Source: the human T2T-CHM13v2.0 reference genome, Homo sapiens. From it: a stretch of 64,000 nt of DNA. This document shows positions 24,405-38,754 of the stretch, piece after piece. Made by a program: the position numbers and the translations under genes. How positions within the stretch are numbered: the stretch's first letter is position 1; each line of letters opens with the position of its first letter. The DNA lies in assembly GCF_009914755.1 (NCBI RefSeq), contig NC_060932.1. One strand, given 5' to 3'. The notes under the pieces are model-generated. The model was not told the origin of the DNA. It made no database searches and was given only the letters and a program-made list of their open reading frames with translations.

Positions 24405-26554
24405 AGAGACACTCTTTGGTAAAGGGACTGATTCGCCACAAATCATGGAAGATAAAGGCTCATTATTTTGATTAGATATTCAAGAGGAAGGTGACTCCCA
24501 AGGGCTGGAGAGTTCAAGGACAGAGACTCTAAGGTACATGTAAAGGATGAGTTTTTAGGGAGAAAGCTAATAATTGTAGTAATTAAAAGTTGACAACCAA
24601 CTCTTGAGAATAAAAATGGTAAGACTTAACATATTTTCAGATGTGCAAATGGGAAATGAGCTTTTTAGAATTAAATTTTCTCTAAAGCAATGATACTATA
24701 CCAAAACTCACTGCAAGAACAAAATTCCCCTAAGTTATTGCTTTATTAAAGTTCAGTGTATACCCCTGAGGAAATCTACAATGGGATTATGGCTAAAATA
24801 CCCATTTAGCCCTCATTTTCATTTCACATTAATGAGTAAGGCTATGAGATATATACTGTATAACTTGAAAAGATTTTGACTAGTCATTCTCAATTGTTTT
24901 AGTAACATGTCAAGACACTATATGCAAATAAGAAATTGATTGACTTTTTGTCTAATCTCCTCTTAACCCAGAATCACCCAAGGCCTTTGACTTGGAGAGG
25001 ATGAGTTAAATAGTGGGTAATTCACCCAATGTCCTTTTAAAGTGGGAAGCACAGTGGTTTCTAAAGCACAAAAAAGGGGGGGCAGAGGGAGAAAAGAAAA
25101 ACAGAGGAAACTGCATTTTCAGAGGGCAACATGTATACCGCATTGTTACTATGCAATCTTTAGGAAAGCTTTACATGTGATAGATCTTCATTTGGAAAGG
25201 TCTTTGAAATGAGGACATGAAAAGCTATTGAAGAGTCAGTGATTTCAGATTTCAAATTTAAGAAGACAGCTACACAGTTTTTCACATTTTCTGCTGAACA
25301 CTTCACATCGTCTCCAAGACTCCTGGTATCCTTGTTTCTCTGGTTTGACCCCTGCCCTGTTTAAGGCACTCGTAGTCAAGAAAGCTTTGCCCAAGCTCTG
25401 GCTTAAAATTTCTCTCCAAACTGAGCTCCTCAGAGCACCAAGTCCTCTTCCTCCATGTCAATATTCCCTAATATCCCACTTCCTCAATGTGGCAGCCAAG
25501 ATTGGAGACAGACCAGGAGCAGGGGCTGCCCCCAGACAACATCGTGTAGCAAGGGTGTCTAAATGGCTTCCATTTGCCACCTCCTGCTCTACCCCAGGAC
25601 ATATGCACTGATTGTGAATTAGTATCCATAATGACTTCACTTCAGCTCCTACTTACTTGCTGAGAGCTCTCAGTAGGACTGTCTGCACCCACTGTGAGCT
25701 ACCAGAGGTCTTTATATGGCTTTTTGCATAAGAGGGCTTAAGGTAGCTTTAACATGATTCCTTTTAACACTTAGATACTGAAAAACAAATAGGGATAGAT
25801 ATCACCTACAAGGTCATCCTCATGAGTGTACTTTGAGGTTTTTAAACCTATTATTCCTTTAATAAACAAATATTTTACGCACACTTCCTCTCACCTCCCC
25901 TGGTTAGAAATCACTGTATATTATTGGAATACTATAGTCTTGAAAACTAAAAGGCAACCTAAAAGCATCCAAATGACTTATCCACCACCATTCATGTCTT
26001 GGCTGCCTGCCTCCCACCGTCTCTTGGAATGCTGGTTTCCACTCTGCTTCCTGTTAGCCTCTCCAGAGGAATGGGGAAGAAAGCTGCTTACATAGTAAAG
26101 TTAAGGCAAAGGGCAGCCCATGTGGAAGACCCCTTTCCTTCACACTGTGCTCTCCATATCCAGTGTGGAGCGGCTTCACAGACTTAATTGGCAATGTTCA
26201 CTGTATCTTCTGAGTGGCCACGAAAAACAATGTTATACCATATGTATGAATAAATGCTACCAAAGGAAGCATTTACATTTTATCTATACTGAGCAAGTTA
26301 GGGAGAAGGAAAAAGATCGATGGATTTGGAATGAGAGAACAGACCCTTTCATCTTAAAAAGAGGTCTTAGTGGCTTATAATATCAAAATATAGAACTAAT
26401 TTTTACACAAAAAATGTCTATGAACAAACAATTTAAACCTCTCAAAAAGCTAAGAAAGACTTCCTGTTTCCTTAAACAGAAAGGATTTTTGAATCCATTA
26501 TAATGGGTGCATTTCAAAACCCAATAAGCAATTAGATGGCACTATTTTCTAGGT

Positions 26555-26868
26555 GAGCATTTTCCAGTACAAACATAATACAAACCACATGTATAATGAA
26601 ATTTTCCAGTAGCCACATTTTAAAAAGCAAAAAGAAGCAGGTAAAATTATTTTTAATAATTTAAGTAATCAATATAACCAAAACATCATTTCAATATGTA
26701 ATCAATATACAAAGTATTAGTAAGACATTTTGCTTTTCTCATACTAAACCTTGAAATTGTTACATATTTTACATTTGCAGCACATCTCAATGTGACCTTA
26801 ATGGACCAGCCAAGGTCCCAGTACCCAGTAGCCACATGCAGCCAGAGGCTACCTATTAGACAGTACAA
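26555..26868. mobile_element. MER33-like hAT-Charlie MITE
   Basis: ttttccagtagccacattttaaaaag...atcatttcaatatgtaatcaata...gtagccacatgcagccagaggctacctattagacagtaca. Confidence 0.85.
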
Positions 26869-27695
26869 TTTTAGGTGATTAAAACAGTAAGATAATATAG
26901 ACTTCATAAAAATGCTCAATTCTTAGCTACAACTGTTAGCTACCTTAATTACACAAATATGTTGCTTTTGTTTAAAACAGACAGAAATAATGTTTCCTGA
27001 AATGGCCATTTTCCAAACTATAATATGCATTTGCATTGAGAATATTCAGCCTATCAGATTAATAAATGTGTAGTTTGTCAAACATAAGCATAACTTTTTA
27101 AGATGTTTTAAAGGGATAAGAAACTGGAAAGCAAAAATATTGTTGAACATAAACAGAACTCATAAGATGTGTTAAGCACAAGATTAGCAGTTAATCAGTA
27201 GACCATGTGTGCTAAACATAGACAGAAGGAAGGATAAAAATATATCTAATAATCATGAGGCACCACTTGGGTACTAAATAGTCATAATGTAAAAAGTGTA
27301 GAAGAGACACTAGGTATTTGGGATATGCTAAAGATACACGAGTACTTAATATTCATGAGTCTTCATTTGGCCACCCACGAATGACACCCATTCGGGTCTC
27401 AGGTGATCTGACATTGAGTGCCCCAAGATTCAGAGAGGAATCTTTCCCTCTTACTGCACCTCAACCAAGTGTGTTAACTGGCCCTTCTCTTCTCCTTTGC
27501 TCTCACTGTGTGATTTCAATTAAGTTAAAAATATGATTCGAGCATTTTAATTGGGTCCATGAGCCCATCTGTTCTGTGTGTAGAACAGAACAACCTGCCT
27601 CGGGTAGTGTACCTGAGTGATTTTCCACATACCACAAGCTATGCTTACTCAGCCACCAAGGGATGGGAACGAACACCACCACTTCTGATGTCTGC

Positions 27696-28028
27696 TACAC
27701 ACAGACCCCAACTTAAAATGGTCTGACTTTACAGTGGTGCAAAAGCGATACACATTAAGTAGAGTACCCATACAACCATTCTATTTTTCACTTTCAATAC
27801 AGCATTCGATAAATTACATCAGCTATTTAACACTTTATCATGAAATAGGCTTTACATTAGATGATTTTGCCCAGTGTGAGCTAATGTAAGTGTTCTGAGC
27901 ACATAAGGTAGGCTAGGATAAGCTATGATGTTCAGTAGGTTAGGTGTGTTAAGTGTATTTTCGACCTATGATAATGTAGGATGGATTTATTGTGATGTAA
28001 CTTAACCATAAGTTGAGGAGCATCTGTA
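27696..28028 (-). mobile_element. MER47A-like TcMar-Tigger MITE
   Basis: gtaggctaggataagctatgatgttcagtaggttaggtgt...taagttgaggagcatctg followed by TA. Confidence 0.85.
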
Positions 28029-28172
28029 CTAAGGGAGTAAGAAAACAGCTGAAATGAATTTGAAATTATGGTATCACTGCCACTTTTTCAAGGAATAAAT
28101 CAGTCTTCTTCCTGAAGTACTCTATAGCAGATAAAATACTGTTGGCATTAAATAAGTCAGAAAGATTTATAA

Positions 28173-28535
<363 letters not shown>

Positions 28536-28639
28536 CCAGTGACAGCCTTATATAAAAAATAAATGTTGTGTCTTCTCGTATTTTCCCTTTTTCTTCCTAA
28601 ACCCCTGCCTGGTTGAATGTGTGTGGTGCCTGAGTCCAT

Positions 28640-28805
28640 GAGGGTGGTGTAGTGTTGGCTTACCTTCCCAGCAAGCTGTGGGACCCTGAATGAGATTCTT
28701 ACCCCTCCCACGCCTCAGTTCTCAGGTGTGAAACTATAGTAACTACTTCATAAGATTGTTGTAAAGATTAAGTAATAGAAAGTTCTGGTATTTTAGTAAG
28801 CTCGT
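28640..28805 (+). mobile_element. MIR
   Basis: gcctcagttctcaggtgtgaaact...acttcataagattgttgtaaagattaagtaa. Confidence 0.7.
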
Positions 28806-28967
28806 TCATCTATAAGAGCACAATTTAAAAATTAACATGTTATCTCCATTTATTGAGGTTTTCTTTAATGTATGTCAATAAGGTTTAAATTTTTATCATA
28901 AATAAGCAATTAATGAATCAACACTAAATGTATTCTTCAGTATACCAGTTAGAACAGCACAAATTTA

Positions 28968-29345
<378 letters not shown>

Positions 29346-30036
29346 TCATACACTGGTGGTTTAAGTATAAATTGGTACATTCATTTTGGAAAACAATTTG
29401 GCAGTATTTTGGAAGTTAAACATAAACACAACCTACAATTCAGCAGTTCCATTTCTAAGTTTGTACCCTAGAGTAATGGTTGTCAAAGTGTGTTCTACAA
29501 AACTCTGGGGGTCCCTAGAGATATTTTTTGAGAGGTCTACCAGGTCAAAACTATTTTCATGATAATACTAGTACATTATTTGCTTTTTACATTGTGCTGA
29601 CATTTGCACTGATGGTGCAAAAGCCATGGTGGGTAAAACTGCTGGTGCTTAGCGTGACCCAAGGCCATGGCACCAAACCACACTAGCAGTCATGTGACCA
29701 CCACCACCAAGCATTTGCAGCTAAAAAATAAACACCCAGTTTCACTTAACCATTTCACCCCAGTGAAATTGAAACTGAATTGATTTTACAAAATCTAGGG
29801 CCTGATTACATGTCTTTTTAATATTCTGTGTGACTAAATAGGAAGTACAGGGCACCTGTGTGTGCACAGTGATTATATTGAGGAAAATTCTCTGAGCAAC
29901 TCTTTGAGCTGTGAACTGAACTAGGTTTTTTTTTTTAAACTAACTGTTTTTTCATTTTTTCATTTTAATCGAAAGAATGACTGGCATCTTTTTAAAAACC
30001 ACCCAGCGAGCTCATCCCTTTAAAAAAAAAAATGGT

Positions 30037-30352
<316 letters not shown>

Positions 30353-31187
30353 CCTGTCATATTTGTTGTAAATAATTAAAAATTTTGAGCTTTTTTTTTT
30401 TCTGTTTACCAACATGCAGAATTTGAGCTTTCAAGCAAAAATTAGAATTTTAGAAAACTTGCAACTGCTACTATGAAGGCTTCAAAATTCCCAAAGACTT
30501 AAAAGAGTTCTCTAATGAGATTGGAGGTGATGTTAATTGATGTAATATATTTTTGTATTGCTAAGGAAATGTGTCAACATTTACAAGACCCACATAACTC
30601 AGTGAGCTATTATTTTTCAAATGACCAATGCATGAAAATCATGCTTGAGTATGAGATCCACTCAAAGAGCTACGGATTTTAATGTAACAGAATGCAAAAC
30701 ATTTATTGAAATGTTTCAGATTCTTCATTAGAATGAACCTTTAGGAAACTATCTCTTATCTAGTTTTGATGTAGTTTCAAAGAATATCCACAATTCTCTA
30801 AAAAGGTTATTAAGATGTTTCTCTCTTTCCAACTATATATCTGCATGAAGCTGGATTTTCTTCATATATGTCAGCCAAAACAACCAATTGCAGCAGACCC
30901 AATGCAGAAGTGGATATGAGAATCTGGCCATCTTCTATTAAGACAGACATTCAAAAGATTTGCTAAAATATAAAACAATAGCACTCTTCTCATTTTTTGT
31001 TTTGAGAAATATCTCTTCATTAAAATGTTATTTCTGATCACATGCAATTATTGTTTGTAATGAATTAATGAATATTTTAACAATCATTCACTGTTAGTTT
31101 TCCATACAGCAAGTGTTGACAGACGTAACCCACATAAACAAAAGTCCTTTTGTCAATAATTTTAAAGAGCATCAAAGAGTCCTGGGA

Positions 31188-31524
<337 letters not shown>

Positions 31525-31863
31525 TTAAGAACTGCTGCCCTCTGCACAGGAGTTCTGCAAGTTTGGCCAGACCTACACTGGTTGGAGGAACAAGAAAATA
31601 GAGCTAAACCCAATAACTACCAATAGGAGAACAGATGAGTAAATGCTGGCATACTCATTCCATAGATGAGGTTAAAAAAAGGAAGGAACTCAGGTATACT
31701 CATCAACATGGATAGACTTTTGGAAAATAATATTGATATTTTGGAAAACAGGTTGCAGAAAAATACTTAGTGTGATTCTATTTATATAAAATTTAAAGGT
31801 ATGTAAAATTGAATAATATATTAATTAATAACAGACCTGAAGTAAACCATAAAGAAAAGCAAA

Positions 31864-32211
<348 letters not shown>

Positions 32212-32499
32212 TTAAACAGGTGGGGATGGAGGGAAGTGTCCAGGTGTTCATTTGGTGATGATGAGGACTACAGTATTATTTATATCTTTATATATGCAAA
32301 TGTGTTTTAGTAGGTATTCAATATTTGATAAACAAAAATGTTTAAGGTTCAAAAGCAAAGAGAGACACAGAGAGACACAGACCTCATGCTGGTGAAGGGA
32401 TTGTGTTGGCTCCTAGCACTTTGGCTACATCATTAGCAAGGCAGAAAACACTAGTGTCTTCTGCTTGGCTCCCTTGTCAGCAGACATCCTGGCCTCTTG

Positions 32500-33740
32500 T
32501 TTTGCTGACCAAGTGAGAGGGGTCGGGTCGTGCTCCATAAATGAGGTTGAACCCGCGAAGAGGAAACGCAAACCCATCTGACTGATTACCCCGCACGCTG
32601 TCCGCAAGCGCCTGTGGGGGCTCCTGCCCTCGGTCGGCTCTGTGCGTTTGAGAAAACAAATATTAGAACAGTCGTAAACACTATCGGTCTCTTCCGACAG
32701 AGAAGGCGATCCCATGGGTGCTGCAGAAGGAGGGGCAGAGCCAAGGTGCGCCCTACAGACCGCCCTGCCGCGTCGGAGACGCGCGCAGTGAGGATAGACT
32801 GAGGCAGGCTCAGCCTCGGGGGTCCGCCACGGCTGCGGCAGTTTGTGCAGAATCCGAAATAAAACGGTTGCCTTGCAGCTTTCATTTGTGTTAAGGCCAC
32901 AACAGTTTCTGGGCTGAAAACCTTTTCCACAAACTCATCAAAGGACCCTTCCCCGTACATCCTACCAGGCAAATTTTCGGGACTTCTGGGCTCGGGGCCA
33001 CACCAGCAAGGCGCTTGCCGTCATCCCTCTCTCTCTCATCAAGGCAGGAGCAAGGAAAGGAGACCCTCAGAGAAGACGAGGCCAAAGGCTGATCTGGGAA
33101 GGCTAGGGTAGCCCCCAACTGCCTAGGCGGCAGCACAGCCGCTGGGGACGCAGCTCCCACCCGGCCTCCCCTCCGCAGAGCTGGGACCGTCCCCCCACCC
33201 CCCATCCTTGCTCTGTGGGCGCCGCCTGCACTCTCTGAAGCGCGAGGCTCTGCACGGTGTGGGGCTGGGGCCTTTCGCTCCCCTTGGCTGGCTCTCTCCT
33301 CCTTTGTCATTTGCCTTTGTTTGCTGTGTGTGTCTGGTTCAAAGGGCACGCCTACCGAGCTGGATAGAGTAAAGGAAGAATCAGAAAGAGAAAGCGCTCA
33401 GCGCGTGTTGCTTAGCAGCACAGACTCAAAACAGGACAAAGCAATTAGAGAAAATTATCACGGGCGGAAGGGGCGGATCGGTCCCCTGAGATTTTCAGAT
33501 CATCCAGACAGATTACCCATTGGAAATGGCCTAGAGACACACAGAAAGGGGAGGGAATAAAACGGCTGCTGGAAACACAGCCCTGGATTCTGGGGCTGTA
33601 TGAAAAAAGAACATAGATTTATCTCCCGGTGAAACTCAGATTTTCCGCCCAGAACGCTCACATTTCTTCTGCGCTGGAAGTGCCAGCTGGTATTGATGAT
33701 GTTGTCTGTTTGGTTATACTTCAATCCAAAAACTGGCGGG
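32500..33740. promoter_or_regulatory. CpG-rich island-like unique region (promoter or enhancer)
   Basis: Abrupt rise in GC and CpG content (cccgcgaag, ccgcgtcggagacgcgcgc, gggcgccgcc, gggcggaaggggcgg GC boxes) with no repeat signature. Confidence 0.7.
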
Positions 33741-33774
33741 GACATTAGGCACTAATGGATGGGATGTATTTAAA

Positions 33775-34000
33775 ACATCTACAACTTATGATGTGCTCAG
33801 CTCTATCCTAAGGCCATATCTCACACATTCCTAAAACAGCCTACCAGTTAGGTACTCTTTGTTATCACCATTTTACGGAAACAGAAACAGTGGCACAGAG
33901 AGGTCAAGTTGCTTGTCTAAGGCCTCAGAGCTGGTGAGCGAGGGGCAGAGCCAGGACTTGTGCCCATGCCCTCTGTCTCCCTAGCCCAGCCTCTGACCGC
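33775..34000 (-). mobile_element. MIR
   Basis: atcaccattttacggaaacag...gcacagagaggtcaagttgcttgtctaagg...ggcagagccaggacttg. Confidence 0.8.
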
Positions 34001-34757
34001 ACCACAGAGTGTGGTGATGCAGGTGAGGGGGAGGGCAAGAAGATGGTCCTCTCTCGGCAAATGCTGGCCACCTGCAGGGCTGTGAGTCACAGGACTTTAG
34101 GGATATTAAGCTGTCTGAAGAGGCCCAGGATCTCAGGGCTTATTTTGTGCATGCTCCTGAGGGTTTCTGAGTGGGTACAGTGAGGAATCCCTCACACAAA
34201 GCAAGTGAAGCACATCTAGCTGAGCCTCCCTCCCTTGGCTACCCAGAAAGACCCTGGTCCTGAGCGTGCAGAATGTTTTGCATTCCAGCTGCTGTGACCT
34301 GGGAAGGACCGCTGGCCCCATCCTGGCCTTTTGAGCACAGCCATCCCACTCACCCAGATCCCACAGCAGCCTCCAGGGCCCATGCCCCACCCCAGGTGTC
34401 CCCTTTCTCCTCCCTAATTCTCAGTCTCTTGGCCTCAAAAGCTGAATTTCCTGGACATGTTTCCCTGACACTTTAAAGACCCATTTAGATACCATTTCCT
34501 GGCTTTATGATTTCTGTTATCCCCTATGCCCACTCCCCTGCAAAGACACACACACCAGCTTTACCTAATCCCTTGATTATTGTGGCACCTTGTCCACATC
34601 CCAGCCCTCCCCACCACTGCCCTGTGGTCATCTGTGCTCACTAAAGGAGTGAATGAGACAACCTCAAAGATACCAGAGATGCCCCATAAACACTCTACAG
34701 CACTGAGGATGGGTGTGGTGGGCTGTATTTTATTTTGTTGTTAGAAATTATTTCATG

Positions 34758-34930
34758 TGCTGACTCATAATTTGTCTCTGTGAGTTGTTTGCTTATGAAG
34801 TAGAGCATTAGCTAAGAATCTCAAGCCAGAACAAGTGATTCGGCCAAGAACCTGCCATCTTTACCTCCGCCTTCGTCTGTCCTCATGTCTTTCACAGGAA
34901 AATCTGACGGGAACAGGAACATGACTCAGC
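34758..34930. promoter_or_regulatory. Two ARE/MARE-type AP-1 sites
   Basis: TGCTGACTCAT at 34758-34768 (reverse ATGAGTCAGCA) and ATGACTCAGC at 34921-34930; a further TGAGTCA at 34083. Confidence 0.45.
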
Positions 34931-35611
34931 CAGACCATTTCTTACATTGGTTTGCCCCAGTTTTCTATCTGTGCTGCTCACAATTTTTCTTCCTCTACTG
35001 TAAAGATTGACTTAACAATTCAAATGATGTTTATCTTCAATGTACCTTGGAAAATTTTAAGAAAGTGCTGCTTTCCACTCAGCTTTCAACTTGTCCGGAT
35101 GTGCACATAAAAGCAAGAAAGCAAGAGCACAGAGTGTCATGCCATTGTCTCTCTCACTGAAAGGAATTGCAGAGGCTTCACTTGTGGGGTCAAAGTTCCA
35201 GAATAAAACAAACCTGCTATTGGAAATGACATTTCACAATGTCCACCCACAAATCGGTGACCAAAACAAGGCCATGATATTCACTTCCAGAAACCCATTT
35301 GCATTAATGGAAATTTTAAAAAGAATTCTTTTGTGTTTTTTCACCTAAATTAGCATAGCAATGGTAATTGCCGAGGGGTATTCAAAAAGCGGATATTGGC
35401 AGGTAACTTGGAAAACAACCACTCCTTTTGAAAATTTAGGGCAAGAGGAAAGTATGGACAATTACAGGCCGGTGAGTGCTTCAAGGCAATGGCTCCCAAA
35501 CTGGATTCTAACTTGAATTGTACAGCACAATTTTGGAGTGCCTTCTCATCCTGGGAAGCCTCTCTCTTGTAGGGAGATGACCCAACAGAATTTGTTCCTG
35601 GTTACTGGAGT

Positions 35612-35760
35612 AAGTGAGCACTGACTATGCATCAGGACCTGTAATAAGCGCCTAACTAAAATACACGATCTCATTTCATCTTCCTATCAAAGCTGCCAAA
35701 TAGGCACTATTAACACCATTTTATAGATGGAAAAACTGAACCTCCAAAAAGGGTTTAGCA
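35612..35760 (-). mobile_element. MIR
   Basis: gagcactgactatgcatcagg...tattaacaccattttatagatggaaaaactga. Confidence 0.8.
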
Positions 35761-36369
35761 GTATGAACCACGGCTCCAATGTAAATCACCACCCTTTATC
35801 AGGAGGCATCCCACCAGACCCTGGCACTGCCTCCCAGGCCCTCCTTGCGTACACTCTTGAAGAAATCAAGCAACTCATTCCCTACCTCTTGACTACTTTT
35901 TTAAAAGGCTGATTTAACCCCAAAGTGCCTCTTACTTTTCGTCGCTCAACCTCCCTGCTATGCCATAGCTGAATTTGTCCATTCTTCTCCAGAGCCCAAG
36001 GGCCTTGGGGCACCGAAAGAGCTCAGCTCAGCCTCCACTCACTATCACCCAGGAGCCCATGTGCCTGCAAGGACTACCTCCATTCGGACCTTTCTGTGGT
36101 TCTGCAAGCGACGTGCCCAGAATCCTGGAATCCGTCCTCCCTTCACTGAAACCTCAGGAGGTGGCCGTTCTTTCCTTGGCCTTTCTTTATTTAAGGCTTT
36201 TCTCTGATCTCAAAATTAATTAATTCTCACTGAGAAAAATTGCAAAATACAGAAATATATAGACAGGAAATTAAAATCAGTCCTGATCCAACCTGCCAGA
36301 GACCAATGTTGTTGAACACGCTTACCAAGGCCTCGCCAGGGCCTGTTTACTGTCCACTCCACGTGCACA

Positions 36370-36985
36370 TTGTTCACACACACATTGAGCATCTACTGCT
36401 TACCAGGCACCGCGTGAGGAGCCGGGTGCAGGGAAGTGACTCTGGCCTCCTCTGATTTGCCGTGGGGAGGCCACAAGGCAAGCAAAGAGCCACAATAAAA
36501 ACCTCATAAACAGTCATCAAGTTACTGAAGGAAGGGTGTGAGACATTGCTGTGAACAAGAAGAACGAGGGAATACCAGTTAGATGCGGGTCAGAGAAGGC
36601 CTCTGGGAGGAGGAAGCAGACTCCGAGGAGTCCAGCGCTGAGGTCAGGGTGCCTGGCAGCTGACTCCAGGGGAGACCTGAGAGGCGCGGGCCACAGCGTG
36701 GAAGGAAGCTCTTCAGCCTTGAAGAAAGCGCCGGGGCCAGGTCCGCCAGCCCAAAGTCTATGCTCCTCAGCCGAGAAGGCTTCCTGGGGGAGGACAGGCA
36801 GGGAGTGGCCCGCACGGAGCCCAGATTCAGAAGGTTCCCGGCCAGCGTGAGGAACAGGAGAGAAACCCGGCAGGAGAAAGGGGTGGGTGTGGCCACAAAG
36901 AGGCCACATCTCAGATATATTTTGCAGGTAAAATTTCACGGAATGTAGATGTGTATAAAGAGGGAAACGTGAGCTCCAATACTTG
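36370..36985 (-). mobile_element. L2 fragment, unusually CpG-rich
   Basis: cattgagcatctactgcttaccaggcac...gtcagagaaggcctctgggagg...tcagatatattttgcagg. Confidence 0.7.
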
Positions 36986-37003
36986 TTCAGCCTTGGTTTA
37001 AAT

Positions 37004-37224
37004 CAAGCTTGTCCAACTCTCGGCCTGAGGGCCACTTGTGGCCCAGGATGGCTTTGAATGTGGCCCAACACAGATTTGTAAACTTTCTTAAAACATTATG
37101 AGATATTTTTGTGATTTTTTTTAAAGCTCATCAGCTATCATTAGTGTTAGTGTATTTTATGGGTGGCCCAAGACAATTCTTCTTCCAATGTGATCCAGGA
37201 AAGCCAAAAGAGTGGACACCCCTT
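37004..37224 (-). mobile_element. MER30 hAT MITE with perfect 8-bp TSD
   Basis: caagcttgtccaac...ggcccaggatggctttgaatg...gccaaaagagtggacacccct; TSD gtttaaat at 36996-37003 and 37225-37232. Confidence 0.93.
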
Positions 37225-37605
37225 GTTTAAATCATCATTAAAACCCAACGCCACAAGCTCTGAGAGCAATTACGGTGGAGCTTTATAACTCTGAGAGGGT
37301 GCAAAGCGCTGACCTACCCATTAAAGAAAAGAGGTAACCTGGGAGAACATGAGAAGAGCCGTTGAAGACACTAAAAATTGTTCGAAGAGCCAAATCCAGC
37401 AAAGATTGTTTGAAGTCATGTGTATTTTGTATTTTCCACCATGAAATGGAGTGATTTATTTACAATCAATACCATTGTGAGTTTATACTGTAGTCAAAAT
37501 GGTTTTTGTAAAACCCTTGATCTTGAGACTATAATATCTGTTCTACTTGTTTGTGAGAAATTTTATGTATTTATTATATAGGGTTATTACAACTTAAAAT
37601 TACTA

Positions 37606-38103
37606 TGTAACTGAGTCCAAACTCATTCTGCTCACTGCACCAGCCAAAAATTGAGAGACAAAAGTTAAAGCAAGGAAGGCAACTTTATTTTGACATGCCA
37701 GCAAACTGAGAAGATGGTGACCAATGTCCTAAAGTAACATCTGAAGTCAGTACAATTTCAGGGTCTTCTTATGTTATAGGCAGGGGGAAGAGGAGGAAAT
37801 TGGGATTGCAAGGTAGTCGATGACTGCAGACATCTGGGCTCCAGGGAGGGTCCGAGGAGGCTGGGAAGTTTTTTGTCCTTGGTCAGGTCATAGTGCGCCC
37901 ATAAATCTTCAACAAAACATTGTTAGTCGTTTACATACTTCCCCTTTAATCCCAGAGTTAGCTTCAAAAACTATGTAATTGCTGTTTCTGTATTTTATCT
38001 CAGTGCTCTTCAATTATCCTAGCCTATGTGCAGGGATGAGTAAAAGCTCCTTAAACAAAAATGGAATTAGTTATGTTCATTATTTTGCTGTTTCACTGTG
38101 ACA
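37606..38103 (-). mobile_element. ERV1 MER4-group solo LTR (MER67-like)
   Basis: TG...CA ends; aaacaaaaatggaattagttatgttcattattttgctgtttcactgtgaca. Confidence 0.7.
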
Positions 38104-38754
38104 CCTGTGAAACATGCAGTACTTAATTCAACTTTGACCTTACTGGCCTTGTTTTAGTTGACCCAAATCACAGTATGAACATGTATAGATTCTCTTAAAG
38201 TTATGAAAACCCATTTGTGAGGTTTCTTTCTTCCTAACATAGGATTCATAAGTAAAAGTAACTAGTAATCATAGCACATACAAATTTTAAATACAACGTA
38301 TTATTGTACTTAAGATTTTAAAGTAAATTATGATCTTAGTAGACCCAAATTTTAAATACAATGCAGAAACCTGTTATTCTACAAATATACATATACAAGC
38401 ACTATCAATTCACCTAATCAAAATTATAATTTATTTTATCCTTTTTTTTACTTAAAATATCTTGAAAAGTTGTCTTGTATCATTAAGAATTCTTAAACAA
38501 ATTGATTTCCAATGTCAGCATAGTAGCCTTAAATATAAATATGTCTGACTGATGTATTAATTATCTCATTAATCATTTAGAGTTTTTTTCCAATCTATAT
38601 TGGACTAGCTATTCCCTGAATAGTTACATGAATCTCTGTGAGCATCACTTAGGATTTAATTAAACTAGACTCCTATAAATGGAGTGACAAAATTAGAAGG
38701 TTTATTTTTAAAGATCTTGAAACTTATTGCTATATTGCCTTTTAAAACAGGATC

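Noticed and set aside
24632-24750. Acceptor-like sites and MILYQNSLQEQNSPKLLLY frame
   Set aside because: No clear donor or family resemblance; indistinguishable from chance.
32586-33349. 128-aa and 152-aa minus-strand ORFs in the island
   Set aside because: High GC suppresses stop codons; no recognisable domain or family.
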